IMG/VR virus record: IMGVR_UViG_3300027805_000006
Reading direction: 5' to 3' (one strand)
DNA length: 64,000 nucleotides
From: a virus
Taxonomy: Duplodnaviria; Caudoviricetes
In this document: piece after piece, positions 28,214-37,240 of the stretch
Position numbering within the stretch: the first letter of the stretch is position 1
Layout of the letters: every line of letters begins with the position of its first letter
The notes under the pieces: model-generated
Told to the model about the DNA's origin: nothing
Seen by the model: the letters and a program-made list of their open reading frames with translations, nothing else
Databases searched by the model: none
Program-made: the position numbers and the translations under genes

Positions 28214-29965
28214 TTATAATGTCATTTCTTTTAGTGATGACTTAAAAAGAGTTTGAAATTCATTTGACCACTCATTTGTTTTTGCTGTCCATACTCTCTG
28301 AACCGCACTATCTAGAATGTACGTAGTTGCCCAATCCTCCTGACTTCTGACCGACCGACCTGCACCTTGTACGACCTTCATCAGTGCCTGCAGTTGGTAG
28401 ATATCTGGAAAGTTATCTAAAATTGTTTGAATTCTTTTGTCACCAAGAGATGCATAAGGCATTTTAACTAAAACTTGAAACCTGCTCAAATCTCCTGGCA
28501 GGTCGATGCCTTCAAAACCAGAAGGAGTAACCAACACTGCTGGACCTTTAGAGTGCTGCTTGAAGTCTGCTAGAATAGTTGCTAACTTTTCTCCACGTAC
28601 GTGCTCAAATATCTTGAAGTTTCCTTTTTCTTTTCTAAGTGAAGCGCAGACTGTTTCAGTCACTACGAAACTTGGGGTTAGGATAATTCCTCTTTCTTCT
28701 TTCTCAGTGTGGTGCTTTACAATCTCTGTCACAGTCCTGCTGAGTTTAGTGACAGTTTCAGTTTCCTGCATGCTTCGATAGTTAAGAGACTGTGGCTTGT
28801 AGAAGATAACCTTCTTGTTTTCGGGTAGAAACTGGGGGTCAAGACGGATATGCTTCGTCTTGCCTGGAAGTGTCATTGTGCGTTTTGCAAACTGCTCGCT
28901 GATAGTAGCAGACATTAACAGATTATGTTCAGCGTTATCAAGCACTTCAAACATATCTCCAATGAAGATGGGCTTTACGTGTATTTCATTTTCACTTTGA
29001 CGTGCAGAAGGATCTTTCTTCTTGTACTCAAACACGTGAGGGTACTGAAAGGTAAAGAGGTCATCAATCTTGCAGCCAAAATTATAGTACTTCTTTGCAA
29101 GTTTCTGCAGTTTTAGGTACTTAGATGCATTGCGAATATTTCTATCTGCATTTGACTTAGCTGTTTCACTAATAAGGTTATAAACCTCAAGCAGCTGCTT
29201 TAACCAAGTTGAGTAATTTTGCTCAGTGATTTGCCCTTTTATGAGTGCATCGCGCATCACCTTTAAGTCCCTGAAGATGTCGGTATTACCAAGCGAAAGA
29301 TTATCATTTACCTCATCGGCACATTGCGCCAACCGCTTCTCAGAAATATAGATGGCATTGTGGTCAGTAAAAAGGTCATTCAGCAGGTGTGCCTCGTCAA
29401 ACACAGCAACGGTGCGCCGGGGTAGAGGTGCCTGCGCGTACATCCTATCAATAAAGTAGAAGGCATAGTTCGTAATCAAATGACGAGAAGTTGCCTTTAG
29501 GGCACGTGCCTTTGCATACTCGCATGAATTGCAGTAGGTATCAATAAAGTTCTGCATTCCATTTTTTCTAAAGAGTGTGATTGCACAATTTTCGGCAGTT
29601 TGTGGCTCGTCGTCGGTGCTTAGAGCGCTGCACTCATAGTTTGCTGCACCTTTCAGGAGAAGAAAGGTATTGTCACCTGCCTTCTCAGCAAAGGTCTGAT
29701 GGTACTGGTCAAGCAGAACATTTGTTGCAGAGAGCAAAAATGATGCATTCTCCCTCGTTGCTGGATTTTTGATGCTGTGAATAACTTCAGCAGCAACCGT
29801 TCCAATAATTGACTTTCCAGTTCCCGTTGGTGCCGATAGCACCACGTTCTTTGCCTCTTCTTCTAGGAAGGCTTCACAAATTCTAGATACGTGATTTACC
29901 TGATTATCCCTCGGTGTAAATCCAAATTTACTAAATGCTTCTTCAATTTGCTTCTGATATGACAT
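28214..29965 (-). CDS. DinG/YoaA-like SF2 helicase
   Basis: APTGTGKS, Fe-S Cys cluster (YEC..ENC..CNSC), FDEAH, EGIDLPG, QGAGRSVRS.EDW. Confidence 0.92.
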   Translation of the reverse strand: MSYQKQIEEAFSKFGFTPRDNQVNHVSRICEAFLEEEAKNVVLSAPTGTGKSIIGTVAAEVIHSIKNPATRENASFLLSATNVLLDQYHQTFAEKAGDNTFLLLKGAANYECSALSTDDEPQTAENCAITLFRKNGMQNFIDTYCNSCEYAKARALKATSRHLITNYAFYFIDRMYAQAPLPRRTVAVFDEAHLLNDLFTDHNAIYISEKRLAQCADEVNDNLSLGNTDIFRDLKVMRDALIKGQITEQNYSTWLKQLLEVYNLISETAKSNADRNIRNASKYLKLQKLAKKYYNFGCKIDDLFTFQYPHVFEYKKKDPSARQSENEIHVKPIFIGDMFEVLDNAEHNLLMSATISEQFAKRTMTLPGKTKHIRLDPQFLPENKKVIFYKPQSLNYRSMQETETVTKLSRTVTEIVKHHTEKEERGIILTPSFVVTETVCASLRKEKGNFKIFEHVRGEKLATILADFKQHSKGPAVLVTPSGFEGIDLPGDLSRFQVLVKMPYASLGDKRIQTILDNFPDIYQLQALMKVVQGAGRSVRSQEDWATTYILDSAVQRVWTAKTNEWSNEFQTLFKSSLKEMTL

Positions 29966-30942
29966 TAATTCTTCCTTGGTAGAAAGATCTTTGCACTCTC
30001 TTCTTCATCGCCACCAAAAAAAGCCTTTACCAAAGATTTCCAATATGGTGAAAGATTGTGAAAATCATTGATGCTTTCAAAATTAAATTTTTCTGGATAA
30101 CCACAGTCTCGCCAGCCGCTCTCAATATTTGCGAGCGTTGCTGCGATTGTCTCATCAAACTTATCCATCTCAATCATAGAAACTTCAGAGGTGCTTTCAT
30201 CAGCAATTACCTTATCTGCCATTTCATAGTGCCGTGAATAGAGATGCATCGAGCCGGCGTTATGGAAGTAATAGCCAAGTTGAAGGTCTGGGTATACCTC
30301 CCTAAGTTGTAGCATCATACATTCTTGCAGCATAGTAAATTGGAAAACATCATTCGTAAAACCCAAAATTACGTCATTGCTGCGCATATTGACAATTAGA
30401 TGTAGTTTATCTTCTCGAATAAACCACTGCAGCGTCAGTGTGCAGGCTACATCCTTATTTCCAGCGTGGCGGTCAGTAGGCAGATGAATGTTCATAACTG
30501 CCTGGCGGCTATCTTTATCAGCAGTTAGGATGTTAATAGTTTGGTGCCATTGATTAATCTTGTTTTCGCCGAAGTAGAGAGCCGGTAGAATTGAATGACC
30601 AAACATACGGTGACCGTAGTTTGAATTCACGGTGCCAGCAGGATAGTTGTCTTGATTTCCAGAGTTGATGATACCTTCCCAAAATTTTGCATATGGCACA
30701 ATTCCATCCACCGTATTTTTACCAGTAAGATACCAAATAAACTCACCTAGCAGATACTTTACATTTGTCTTTCTTGCAGGAAAAGTAACTACTCGATTTC
30801 GAGGGTCAGTAAGGGTAATATTGTAGTTGAGCAACTCGCGGGTTTCTGAACCGCGCGGGTTAGAAACCATGCCATTTTCTCTCAGGTTGAAAAGGCACGC
30901 CCGGAAATCACTGTTGAGGCGGAAGGATGGTGTATTTTCCAT
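29965..30942 (-). CDS. dCMP hydroxymethylase/hydroxylase-type thymidylate synthase homolog
   Basis: SRQAV, DVACT (catalytic Cys), MRSND..GFTND with Asp at the specificity position as in T4 gp42, H.AGSMHLY. Confidence 0.85.
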   Translation of the reverse strand: MENTPSFRLNSDFRACLFNLRENGMVSNPRGSETRELLNYNITLTDPRNRVVTFPARKTNVKYLLGEFIWYLTGKNTVDGIVPYAKFWEGIINSGNQDNYPAGTVNSNYGHRMFGHSILPALYFGENKINQWHQTINILTADKDSRQAVMNIHLPTDRHAGNKDVACTLTLQWFIREDKLHLIVNMRSNDVILGFTNDVFQFTMLQECMMLQLREVYPDLQLGYYFHNAGSMHLYSRHYEMADKVIADESTSEVSMIEMDKFDETIAATLANIESGWRDCGYPEKFNFESINDFHNLSPYWKSLVKAFFGGDEEESAKIFLPRKN

Positions 30943-30970
30943 TTGTATTTCTCCTTATAAGGATAAGTAA

Positions 30971-30987
30971 ATTATACACTGGTTTTT
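30971..30987 (-). promoter_or_regulatory. Early/middle-type promoter AAAAACCAGTGTATAAT
   Basis: Same motif as at 22433, 25911 and 61000; followed by an AAGGAG RBS. Confidence 0.6.
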
Positions 30988-31018
30988 AGTATATTTGACC
31001 TACTTTTACAGGAAGAAT

Positions 31019-31049
31019 AAAAAGTAGGGAACCATATTGGTTCCCTACT
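31019..31049 (-). terminator. Intrinsic terminator
   Basis: Perfect 11-bp stem AGTAGGGAACC/GGTTCCCTACT with a 5-nt loop; T-run follows on the minus strand. Confidence 0.7.
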
Positions 31050-31120
31050 AAACGGGTCTAAAGAGACAGACACCGTGCAACTGAAATTTCATTTTATACT
31101 CAAAAAGATGGGGTAACCAC

Positions 31121-31128
31121 CATAAATA
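31121..31128 (+). promoter_or_regulatory. Late promoter CATAAATA
   Basis: 33 nt upstream of the tail fibre ATG. Confidence 0.6.
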
Positions 31129-31161
31129 GGTTAAGCACAACCTGATAACAGGATAATTGAT

Positions 31162-32694
31162 ATGTCCACTAAAAATCTATTCGGTTCCATTATAAACTAC
31201 GGTGATACCCTCCCATCTTCGACGACAACTCCAGATGGAGCCATGTTCTTCAAGACTGGAACCGCGCCAGGATTTTACATCTTCTCCTACAGAGATGTTT
31301 CTGCTGATCCCGGAAATCAACTAGCATCGGGCTGGCAACTTCTAATATCTTCTGGTAGTGGTCTTGATGCAAATACGCTTGATGGTTTAGATAGCACTGC
31401 CTTTCAACTAGTTGACCCTACTCTTAATGCATTGGCTGCATTTAATTCAAATGGGCTTTTGGTTCAAACAGCCGCCGATACCTTCACAAGTAGGTCAATT
31501 GCCGCTAGTGGCACAGGTCTGTCAGTATTAAATTCCAATGGAGTTTCTGGAAATCCTGAAGTTGTTTTGAACATCGATACTGCTATGGGTGGATTTACTG
31601 GCCCATTATCAGTGTCTAAAGGTGGTACCGGAAGCACATCTGTTGCAATACAGGGTGGAGTTGTTTATGGTGTAAATGGAACGCAACTTGGTTCTTCTGC
31701 TGCTGGCTCAGCATCGAGTGGTTCTGGAACAAGTCAGGTATGGCAAGTTCTTTCTTCAAATGGATCGTCTGCACCAACGTGGTTAAATGCTACTAGTCTA
31801 AATGTATCATACGCTGCCAATGCCAATTATGCAACTACAGCAGGCAGCGCAACTACAGCAGGCAGCGCAACTACTGCGGGTTCGGCAAATTATGCAACTA
31901 CAGCAGGCAGCGCAACTACTGCAGGCAGCGCAACTACAGCAGGCAGCGCAAATTATGCAACTACAGCAGGCAGCGCAACTACAGCAGACAGCGCAACTAC
32001 TGCAGGCAGCGCAACTACTGCAGGCAGCGCAACTACTGCGGGTTCTCTTAACCCAGGTGCTCAGATTAATGGAATAGCCTTTACAGGTGCATCAGATATA
32101 ACAATTACTGCTAATACGCCAAATTCAGTCACATTTAACAATGGTGGCGCTGGCGATGCATCTGCTACAACGTTTAATGGAAGTACTGCACGCACAATTT
32201 CATACAATACATTAGGAGCGGCGCCCACAGCAAATCCTACTTTTACTGGTGTAGTACAGTTTGCTGATGGGACAGTAGGTGCACCATCTATTGCCTTCAC
32301 AAATGAACCATCTCTGGGTCTTTACAGATCAACGACAAATTCAATTGGCATTACTGGAAATGTTCTTGTTGACAACGATATTGTTGCAACCGGAAATATT
32401 ACTGCATTCTCAGATAGGCGCCTAAAGGAAAATATTTCCACAATTGAAAATGCGCTTTCAAAAGTTTCACAACTTACAGGCGTTACCTATACTCGTAAGG
32501 GCACAACTCAAGTCGGCGTTGGTCTAATTGCTCAGGACGTTGAGAAAGCGATGCCCCAGGCAGTTGTGACAAATGAAGAAGGCTACCTATCAGTTGCGTA
32601 TGGAAACTTAGTAGGTCTTCTAGTAGAAGCCATCAAAGAGCAGCAAGTACAGATTGCCGCGCTTCAGAGAAGGATTGACCAACTAACTGAATAA
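31162..32694 (+). CDS. Tail fibre with C-terminal S74 intramolecular chaperone
   Basis: TAFSDRRLKENI...L.GVTY...GLIAQDVEK.MPQAV...VAYGNLVGLLVEAIKE. Confidence 0.9.
   Translation: MSTKNLFGSIINYGDTLPSSTTTPDGAMFFKTGTAPGFYIFSYRDVSADPGNQLASGWQLLISSGSGLDANTLDGLDSTAFQLVDPTLNALAAFNSNGLLVQTAADTFTSRSIAASGTGLSVLNSNGVSGNPEVVLNIDTAMGGFTGPLSVSKGGTGSTSVAIQGGVVYGVNGTQLGSSAAGSASSGSGTSQVWQVLSSNGSSAPTWLNATSLNVSYAANANYATTAGSATTAGSATTAGSANYATTAGSATTAGSATTAGSANYATTAGSATTADSATTAGSATTAGSATTAGSLNPGAQINGIAFTGASDITITANTPNSVTFNNGGAGDASATTFNGSTARTISYNTLGAAPTANPTFTGVVQFADGTVGAPSIAFTNEPSLGLYRSTTNSIGITGNVLVDNDIVATGNITAFSDRRLKENISTIENALSKVSQLTGVTYTRKGTTQVGVGLIAQDVEKAMPQAVVTNEEGYLSVAYGNLVGLLVEAIKEQQVQIAALQRRIDQLTE
31816..32043 (+). 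repeat. In-frame tandem repeat, 18-nt unit (ATTAGS) with 9-nt ANY inserts
   Basis: About 11 copies of GCAACTAC(A/T)GCAGGCAGC. Confidence 0.95.
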
Positions 32695-32697
32695 CAG

Positions 32698-33591
32698 TTA
32701 GGCAAACTTCTTAATCTCTGGCGGGATAGGGAGGTCGTTTTTCTTTAGGTCCTCTATCGCATCTTTGAAGATTACAGCGTGGTCTGGCTTCTTCATAATC
32801 TGTGACACTACCTGCTCAGCAGAAAGAAGGTCCTTTGCCTTTACACCTTTTCCAAACATAAATGCGGCAGCTTCATCAGGCTTTAGAATTGGGTCAGCAT
32901 CTTTTGAAAATGCCTGCTTTATTCCTAGTTTCTTGAGTTCGGCTTCTACCTGCTCAGGAGTTGCTGGCTTTAAACCCAATCTTCCCTTTCCGTCCTTTCG
33001 CATTGGTGCAACGCGATATAGACGTTCAAGTCCTGCATCCATCTTGAAGCCACGCCGAACTCGAATAAGTTCCTCGCCAGTCTTTTCATCCTTGATTGCG
33101 ATGTCTTTTCCTTGCTCAAAGATATGCTTCATCAAATTCACAAGAAGAAAGTTTCTGACAACTCCCTTGTATTGGCTGTCTAGTGCTGAATGATACCCAA
33201 ACTTTGCCCATTCTATAGAAGGCACAAACATTAAATCGACCTGCACGCGCTTTTCACCAACCGTCTTTACTGGAAAAGAAAACACGTTTCCACCAGTCAT
33301 CTTTGGCTTATCAACTCCCGTGGCTACCTTCATCTTTTCTACTAAGACATCTCTATCATATGCACCATCTTCTATGGCTAAATCGACATCTCCGCTGTCC
33401 TTTCTCTTTCCCTTCAGAGTATGCTCAGTGGAGCCAAGCAGGCTCTGCTCAAGAGTAGAGTACGGAATTCCAATTGTTTTTTCAACAAACTGCAGAGCCA
33501 GTTTTACGTCCTGCTGATTTGCGCGGCTTGTTTCAAAACTGGCGGTGGCTGCGCCACCCTCAAGAAGAAACTGTTTGAATGTTACAGTCAT
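32698..33591 (-). CDS. Pol-beta-superfamily nucleotidyltransferase with a putative capsid-targeting N-terminus
   Basis: MTVTFKQFLLEGG; LLGST...SGDVDLAI (GS plus DxD); VQVDLMF (third Asp). Confidence 0.75.
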   Translation of the reverse strand: MTVTFKQFLLEGGAATASFETSRANQQDVKLALQFVEKTIGIPYSTLEQSLLGSTEHTLKGKRKDSGDVDLAIEDGAYDRDVLVEKMKVATGVDKPKMTGGNVFSFPVKTVGEKRVQVDLMFVPSIEWAKFGYHSALDSQYKGVVRNFLLVNLMKHIFEQGKDIAIKDEKTGEELIRVRRGFKMDAGLERLYRVAPMRKDGKGRLGLKPATPEQVEAELKKLGIKQAFSKDADPILKPDEAAAFMFGKGVKAKDLLSAEQVVSQIMKKPDHAVIFKDAIEDLKKNDLPIPPEIKKFA

Positions 33592-33896
33592 GGCATTCCT
33601 ATAAGTTCTCTTGTATCCAACTTGTACTTTTTGCGGATGTCAGCAGACAGTTCATCTACCGCAAAATCAGAATATGCCATTCCTGGGTGCCAATTTTTTC
33701 GTAGCGGTTCCCACTTTTTGAAGAAGAGTTCCATCGTATCTCTGTCCATAACAGCCCAATCTACCTCATCCTTGAATAGTCGCATCACTTCTTTTGCCTG
33801 GTCCTTGGTTGCACCAAGTTCCTTCATAAAGGCAAGCAAAAATGGTAGTTCTTCTAAACTGCTTTCCATAAACTGCTTAAAGGTAATTTTGCTCAT
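33588..33896 (-). CDS. Hypothetical protein with FKQF.E N-terminus
   Basis: MSKITFKQFMESS; ATGA-coupled to the NTase gene. Confidence 0.7.
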   Translation of the reverse strand: MSKITFKQFMESSLEELPFLLAFMKELGATKDQAKEVMRLFKDEVDWAVMDRDTMELFFKKWEPLRKNWHPGMAYSDFAVDELSADIRKKYKLDTRELIGMP

Positions 33897-34024
33897 TAGT
33901 CTTTTTCTTTCTCACGGCGACCGATGTTTGCTTTACGAAGCTCTGTTGACAGTTGTCCGAGCATCCAACGTTCTGAATTGCGCGTAAAACCCGTAGCAAC
34001 TGCATTTGGCATCTTCTCTGTCAT
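33896..34024 (-). CDS. Small hypothetical protein (42 aa)
   Basis: Hand-translated MTEKMPNAVATGFTRNSERWMLGQLSTELRKANIGRREKEKD; TAATG overlap with the next gene; CATAAATA at 34036-34043. Confidence 0.5.
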   Translation of the reverse strand: MTEKMPNAVATGFTRNSERWMLGQLSTELRKANIGRREKEKD

Positions 34025-34035
34025 TTCATCAACTA

Positions 34036-34069
34036 TATTTATGTCACCAGACTTCTAATTAAATAAATA
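34036..34069. promoter_or_regulatory. Divergent late promoters
   Basis: CATAAATA (minus, 34036-34043) and TAAATAAATA (plus, 34060-34069). Confidence 0.6.
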
Positions 34070-34095
34070 CTATCTAAGATTGTTGGAGAAAATCC

Positions 34096-36573
34096 TTGAA
34101 ATTTCACGGTATTACCCTAGAACAAGGAAGCGCCATCTCAAATATGACGCTTGATTCTGGGAATAGTTTCCCAGCACTGCCAGATGAAGGTGAATTGTTT
34201 TTTCGTTCTGATGCAGACCAGACAGTAAAGGGTCTCTATCTTTATATTGCCGGCAGTTGGCTAAAAATTGCCAATCCTTATGCCGTCACTATTCCAAAGG
34301 GAGAAACTCTACCTGTCGCTGGCATAGAAGGTGATCTTTTCTATCTAAACTCAAACACTGCAACAGAAGGACTTTATCTTTTTAAAGATAGCGGTTGGGT
34401 TAATATCACATCTGGATCTGCGCCGTCATTCATCGTCACCGGTGATGTAAGTGGTACTATAGATGGTGGTACAGATGCACTTACACTTGCAACAGTTAAT
34501 TCAAATGTGGGTTCATTTGGATCTACTACCCAGGCTGGAACATTCACTGTAAATGCAAAGGGTCTTATAACTGCGGCAGGAAGTACTACGATAACGCCTG
34601 CTTGGTCATCTATAACCAGTAAACCAACTACATTATCTGGTTTTGGAATTACAGACGCACAGCCACAAGATGCAGATCTGACGTCAATTGCTGGTTTAGC
34701 AGGAACATCTGGCTTCCTAAAGAAAACTGCTGCTGATACCTGGTCACTTGATACAAACACCTATCTAACTGCAAACCAAACAATTACGGTTTCTGGAGAT
34801 GCAACAGGTTCTGGTACTACGGCAATTGCTCTTACACTAGCAAGTAGTGGAGTAACGGCAGATACCTATAGATCAGTAACTGTTGATGTGAAGGGACGGG
34901 TAACAGCAGGAACAAACCCAACAACGTTATCAGGATATGGGATTACTGACGCGCAGCCACTAGATGCAGATCTGACGTCAATTGCTGGTTTGGTAGGCAC
35001 CTCCGGCTTCCTAAAGAAAACTGCCGCTGATACCTGGTTACTTGATACAAACACCTATCTAACTGCAAACCAAACAATTACGCTGTCAGGTGATATTACT
35101 GGAAGTGGTACTACTGCAATAACGGCAACCCTGGCAAATAGCGGAGTAACGGCTGGTACATACAGGTCAGTAACTGTTGATGTGAAGGGACGGGTAACAG
35201 CAGGAACAAACCCAACAACTCTTGCTGGTTATGGAATTACCGATGCTGTAGCCAAGGCTGGTGATTTAATGACTGGTGCTCTTGGAATTATAGCGGGAAG
35301 TGCGGCGGCGCCTGGGCTCTACTTTAGTGGTGATGTTAATACGGGATTATTTTCACCTACAGCAGAAACAGTGGCAATTACCACAAATAGTGCAGAAATT
35401 GCCAGATTTACAACAAGTGCGCTATTAGTAGGTCTAACATCAACAGTTACCGGTACTTCAGCAGGCACAGCAAAGATTCAGGCAACAGGTGTATCAAATT
35501 ACCTCGCGCACTATGCTGCTGACAGTGCTAATCCAGCAATTTTCACATTTGCGAAGGCAAGGTCTGGGGGTGTTGCGGTAGATACTGCAAATGGTGGAAT
35601 TGGTGAAATAAGATTTGACGCGTGGGACGGTTCTGCCTGGATAAGATCTGCGATGATTGCAGGTGCTGTTGATGGCACTGTTTCAACTGGAAATATTCCA
35701 TCGCTCATTAGATTTGCCACAATGCCTGCGGGAGGAACGCTCACTGAACGCTTTAGAATTGCAAGCACAGGTGCCTGGGGCGTAAATGGTGCTAGTTATG
35801 GAAGTTCTGGTCAGGTACTAACATCTAATGGTTCAACTTCTTCACCAACTTGGCAAACACCTGTCGCAGGAACAGTAACATCAGTTGCGGCTACAGCACC
35901 AGCAGCCGGATTTACTATTTCAGGCTCCCCAATTACTTCAAGTGGCACACTTACTTTTGCATTAGCAAATGACCTTTCGGGTGTTGAAAGTTTGTCAGGT
36001 ACAGGGCTTGCAGCACGTACAGCAGTAGATACCTGGACAACACGGTCAATTACTGTATCAGGCACAGGGTTATCAATAACTGATGGAAATGCTGTAGCCG
36101 GCAACCCAACAATTACAAGTAATGCAACAAGTGCAAACACTGTATCTACTATCGTTGCACGTGATGCTTCAGGAAACTTCTCTGCTGGCACAATTACTGC
36201 AGCGCTCAGTGGAAATGCGACAACTGCTACAAGCATTTCAGACGCTCCGCAACTTTCGCAGGCAACAACGGTAACTGCTGTAAATGGTTTAACTCAGACA
36301 GCAGTATCTACTGTTGCAACTTCTGCTGCAAGAACTATAAAGTACCTTGCACAAATTCACGATACAACGAACAGTCACTATCACGCCGTGGAAATTTTGG
36401 TTATCCACAACGGCACGACTGTTTGGAAAACAGAATATGCTGAAGTAGTCTCAAACGCTACTTTAGGAACTTTTGATGCTGACATTTCAGGCGCAAATGT
36501 TAGGCTATTATTCACTGCAACTGCTACAACAAACAAAAATGTGACAGTATATCGCACAGTAATCACTCCTTAA
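34096..36573 (+). CDS. Tail fibre/proximal fibre-like virion protein (825 aa)
   Basis: GGAG RBS and TTG start; 98-codon internal repeat; C-terminal IKYLAQI...EILVIHNGT...TEYA...LGTF domain. Confidence 0.85.
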   Translation: MKFHGITLEQGSAISNMTLDSGNSFPALPDEGELFFRSDADQTVKGLYLYIAGSWLKIANPYAVTIPKGETLPVAGIEGDLFYLNSNTATEGLYLFKDSGWVNITSGSAPSFIVTGDVSGTIDGGTDALTLATVNSNVGSFGSTTQAGTFTVNAKGLITAAGSTTITPAWSSITSKPTTLSGFGITDAQPQDADLTSIAGLAGTSGFLKKTAADTWSLDTNTYLTANQTITVSGDATGSGTTAIALTLASSGVTADTYRSVTVDVKGRVTAGTNPTTLSGYGITDAQPLDADLTSIAGLVGTSGFLKKTAADTWLLDTNTYLTANQTITLSGDITGSGTTAITATLANSGVTAGTYRSVTVDVKGRVTAGTNPTTLAGYGITDAVAKAGDLMTGALGIIAGSAAAPGLYFSGDVNTGLFSPTAETVAITTNSAEIARFTTSALLVGLTSTVTGTSAGTAKIQATGVSNYLAHYAADSANPAIFTFAKARSGGVAVDTANGGIGEIRFDAWDGSAWIRSAMIAGAVDGTVSTGNIPSLIRFATMPAGGTLTERFRIASTGAWGVNGASYGSSGQVLTSNGSTSSPTWQTPVAGTVTSVAATAPAAGFTISGSPITSSGTLTFALANDLSGVESLSGTGLAARTAVDTWTTRSITVSGTGLSITDGNAVAGNPTITSNATSANTVSTIVARDASGNFSAGTITAALSGNATTATSISDAPQLSQATTVTAVNGLTQTAVSTVATSAARTIKYLAQIHDTTNSHYHAVEILVIHNGTTVWKTEYAEVVSNATLGTFDADISGANVRLLFTATATTNKNVTVYRTVITP

Positions 36574-37240
36574 TATAAAGCCAATCTGACGGAAAGGGAA
36601 GTCAATTATGGCAGTCAATCGTAAGTTTGTCGTCAAGCACGGCTTAGATGCAAACGCAATATCAATAGATAATCTTGGCGCATTAGGCTCAACGTTTGGT
36701 TTAGCCGGTGGTCATACATTAACACTTAGTACTACTAACACAACTTCTGTTACACTGCCAACTTCTGGGACACTAGCAACAACTGCTGATCTTGGTGGGT
36801 ATCAACCACTTGATGCTGACCTAACGTCAATTGCAGGTCTTGCCGGAACGTCAGGATTTCTAAAGAAAACGGCAGCAAATTCCTGGTCTCTTGATACAAA
36901 TACATATCTCACAGGCAATCAGACAATAACTTTTTCTGGCGATGCAACAGGTTCTGGCACTACAGCAGTTGCACTTACGTTAGCCAACAGCGGTGTGACT
37001 GCTAGTACATACAAATCGGTGACGGTTGATGTGAAGGGACGGGTAACGGCAGGAACAAACCCAACAACTCTTGCTGGTTATGGAATTTCCGATGCACAGC
37101 CACTAGATGCAGACCTTACAGCGATTGCTGGTCTTGCAGGCACATCTGGATTTCTAAAGAAAACGGCAGCAGATGCCTGGGTGCTTGACACAAACACATA
37201 TCTAACTGCAAACCAAAGCATCACTATTTCGGGTGATGTA
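34651..37240 (+). repeat. 294-nt (98-codon) module present twice in the 34096 gene and twice in the 36608 gene
   Basis: GATGC(A/T)GA(T/C)CT anchors at 34669, 34963, 36812 and 37106; spacing 294 within each gene. Confidence 0.9.

Noticed and set aside
31816-32043. Possible CRISPR array
   Set aside because: The repeats are contiguous, in-frame coding units with no unique spacers, and there are no cas genes.
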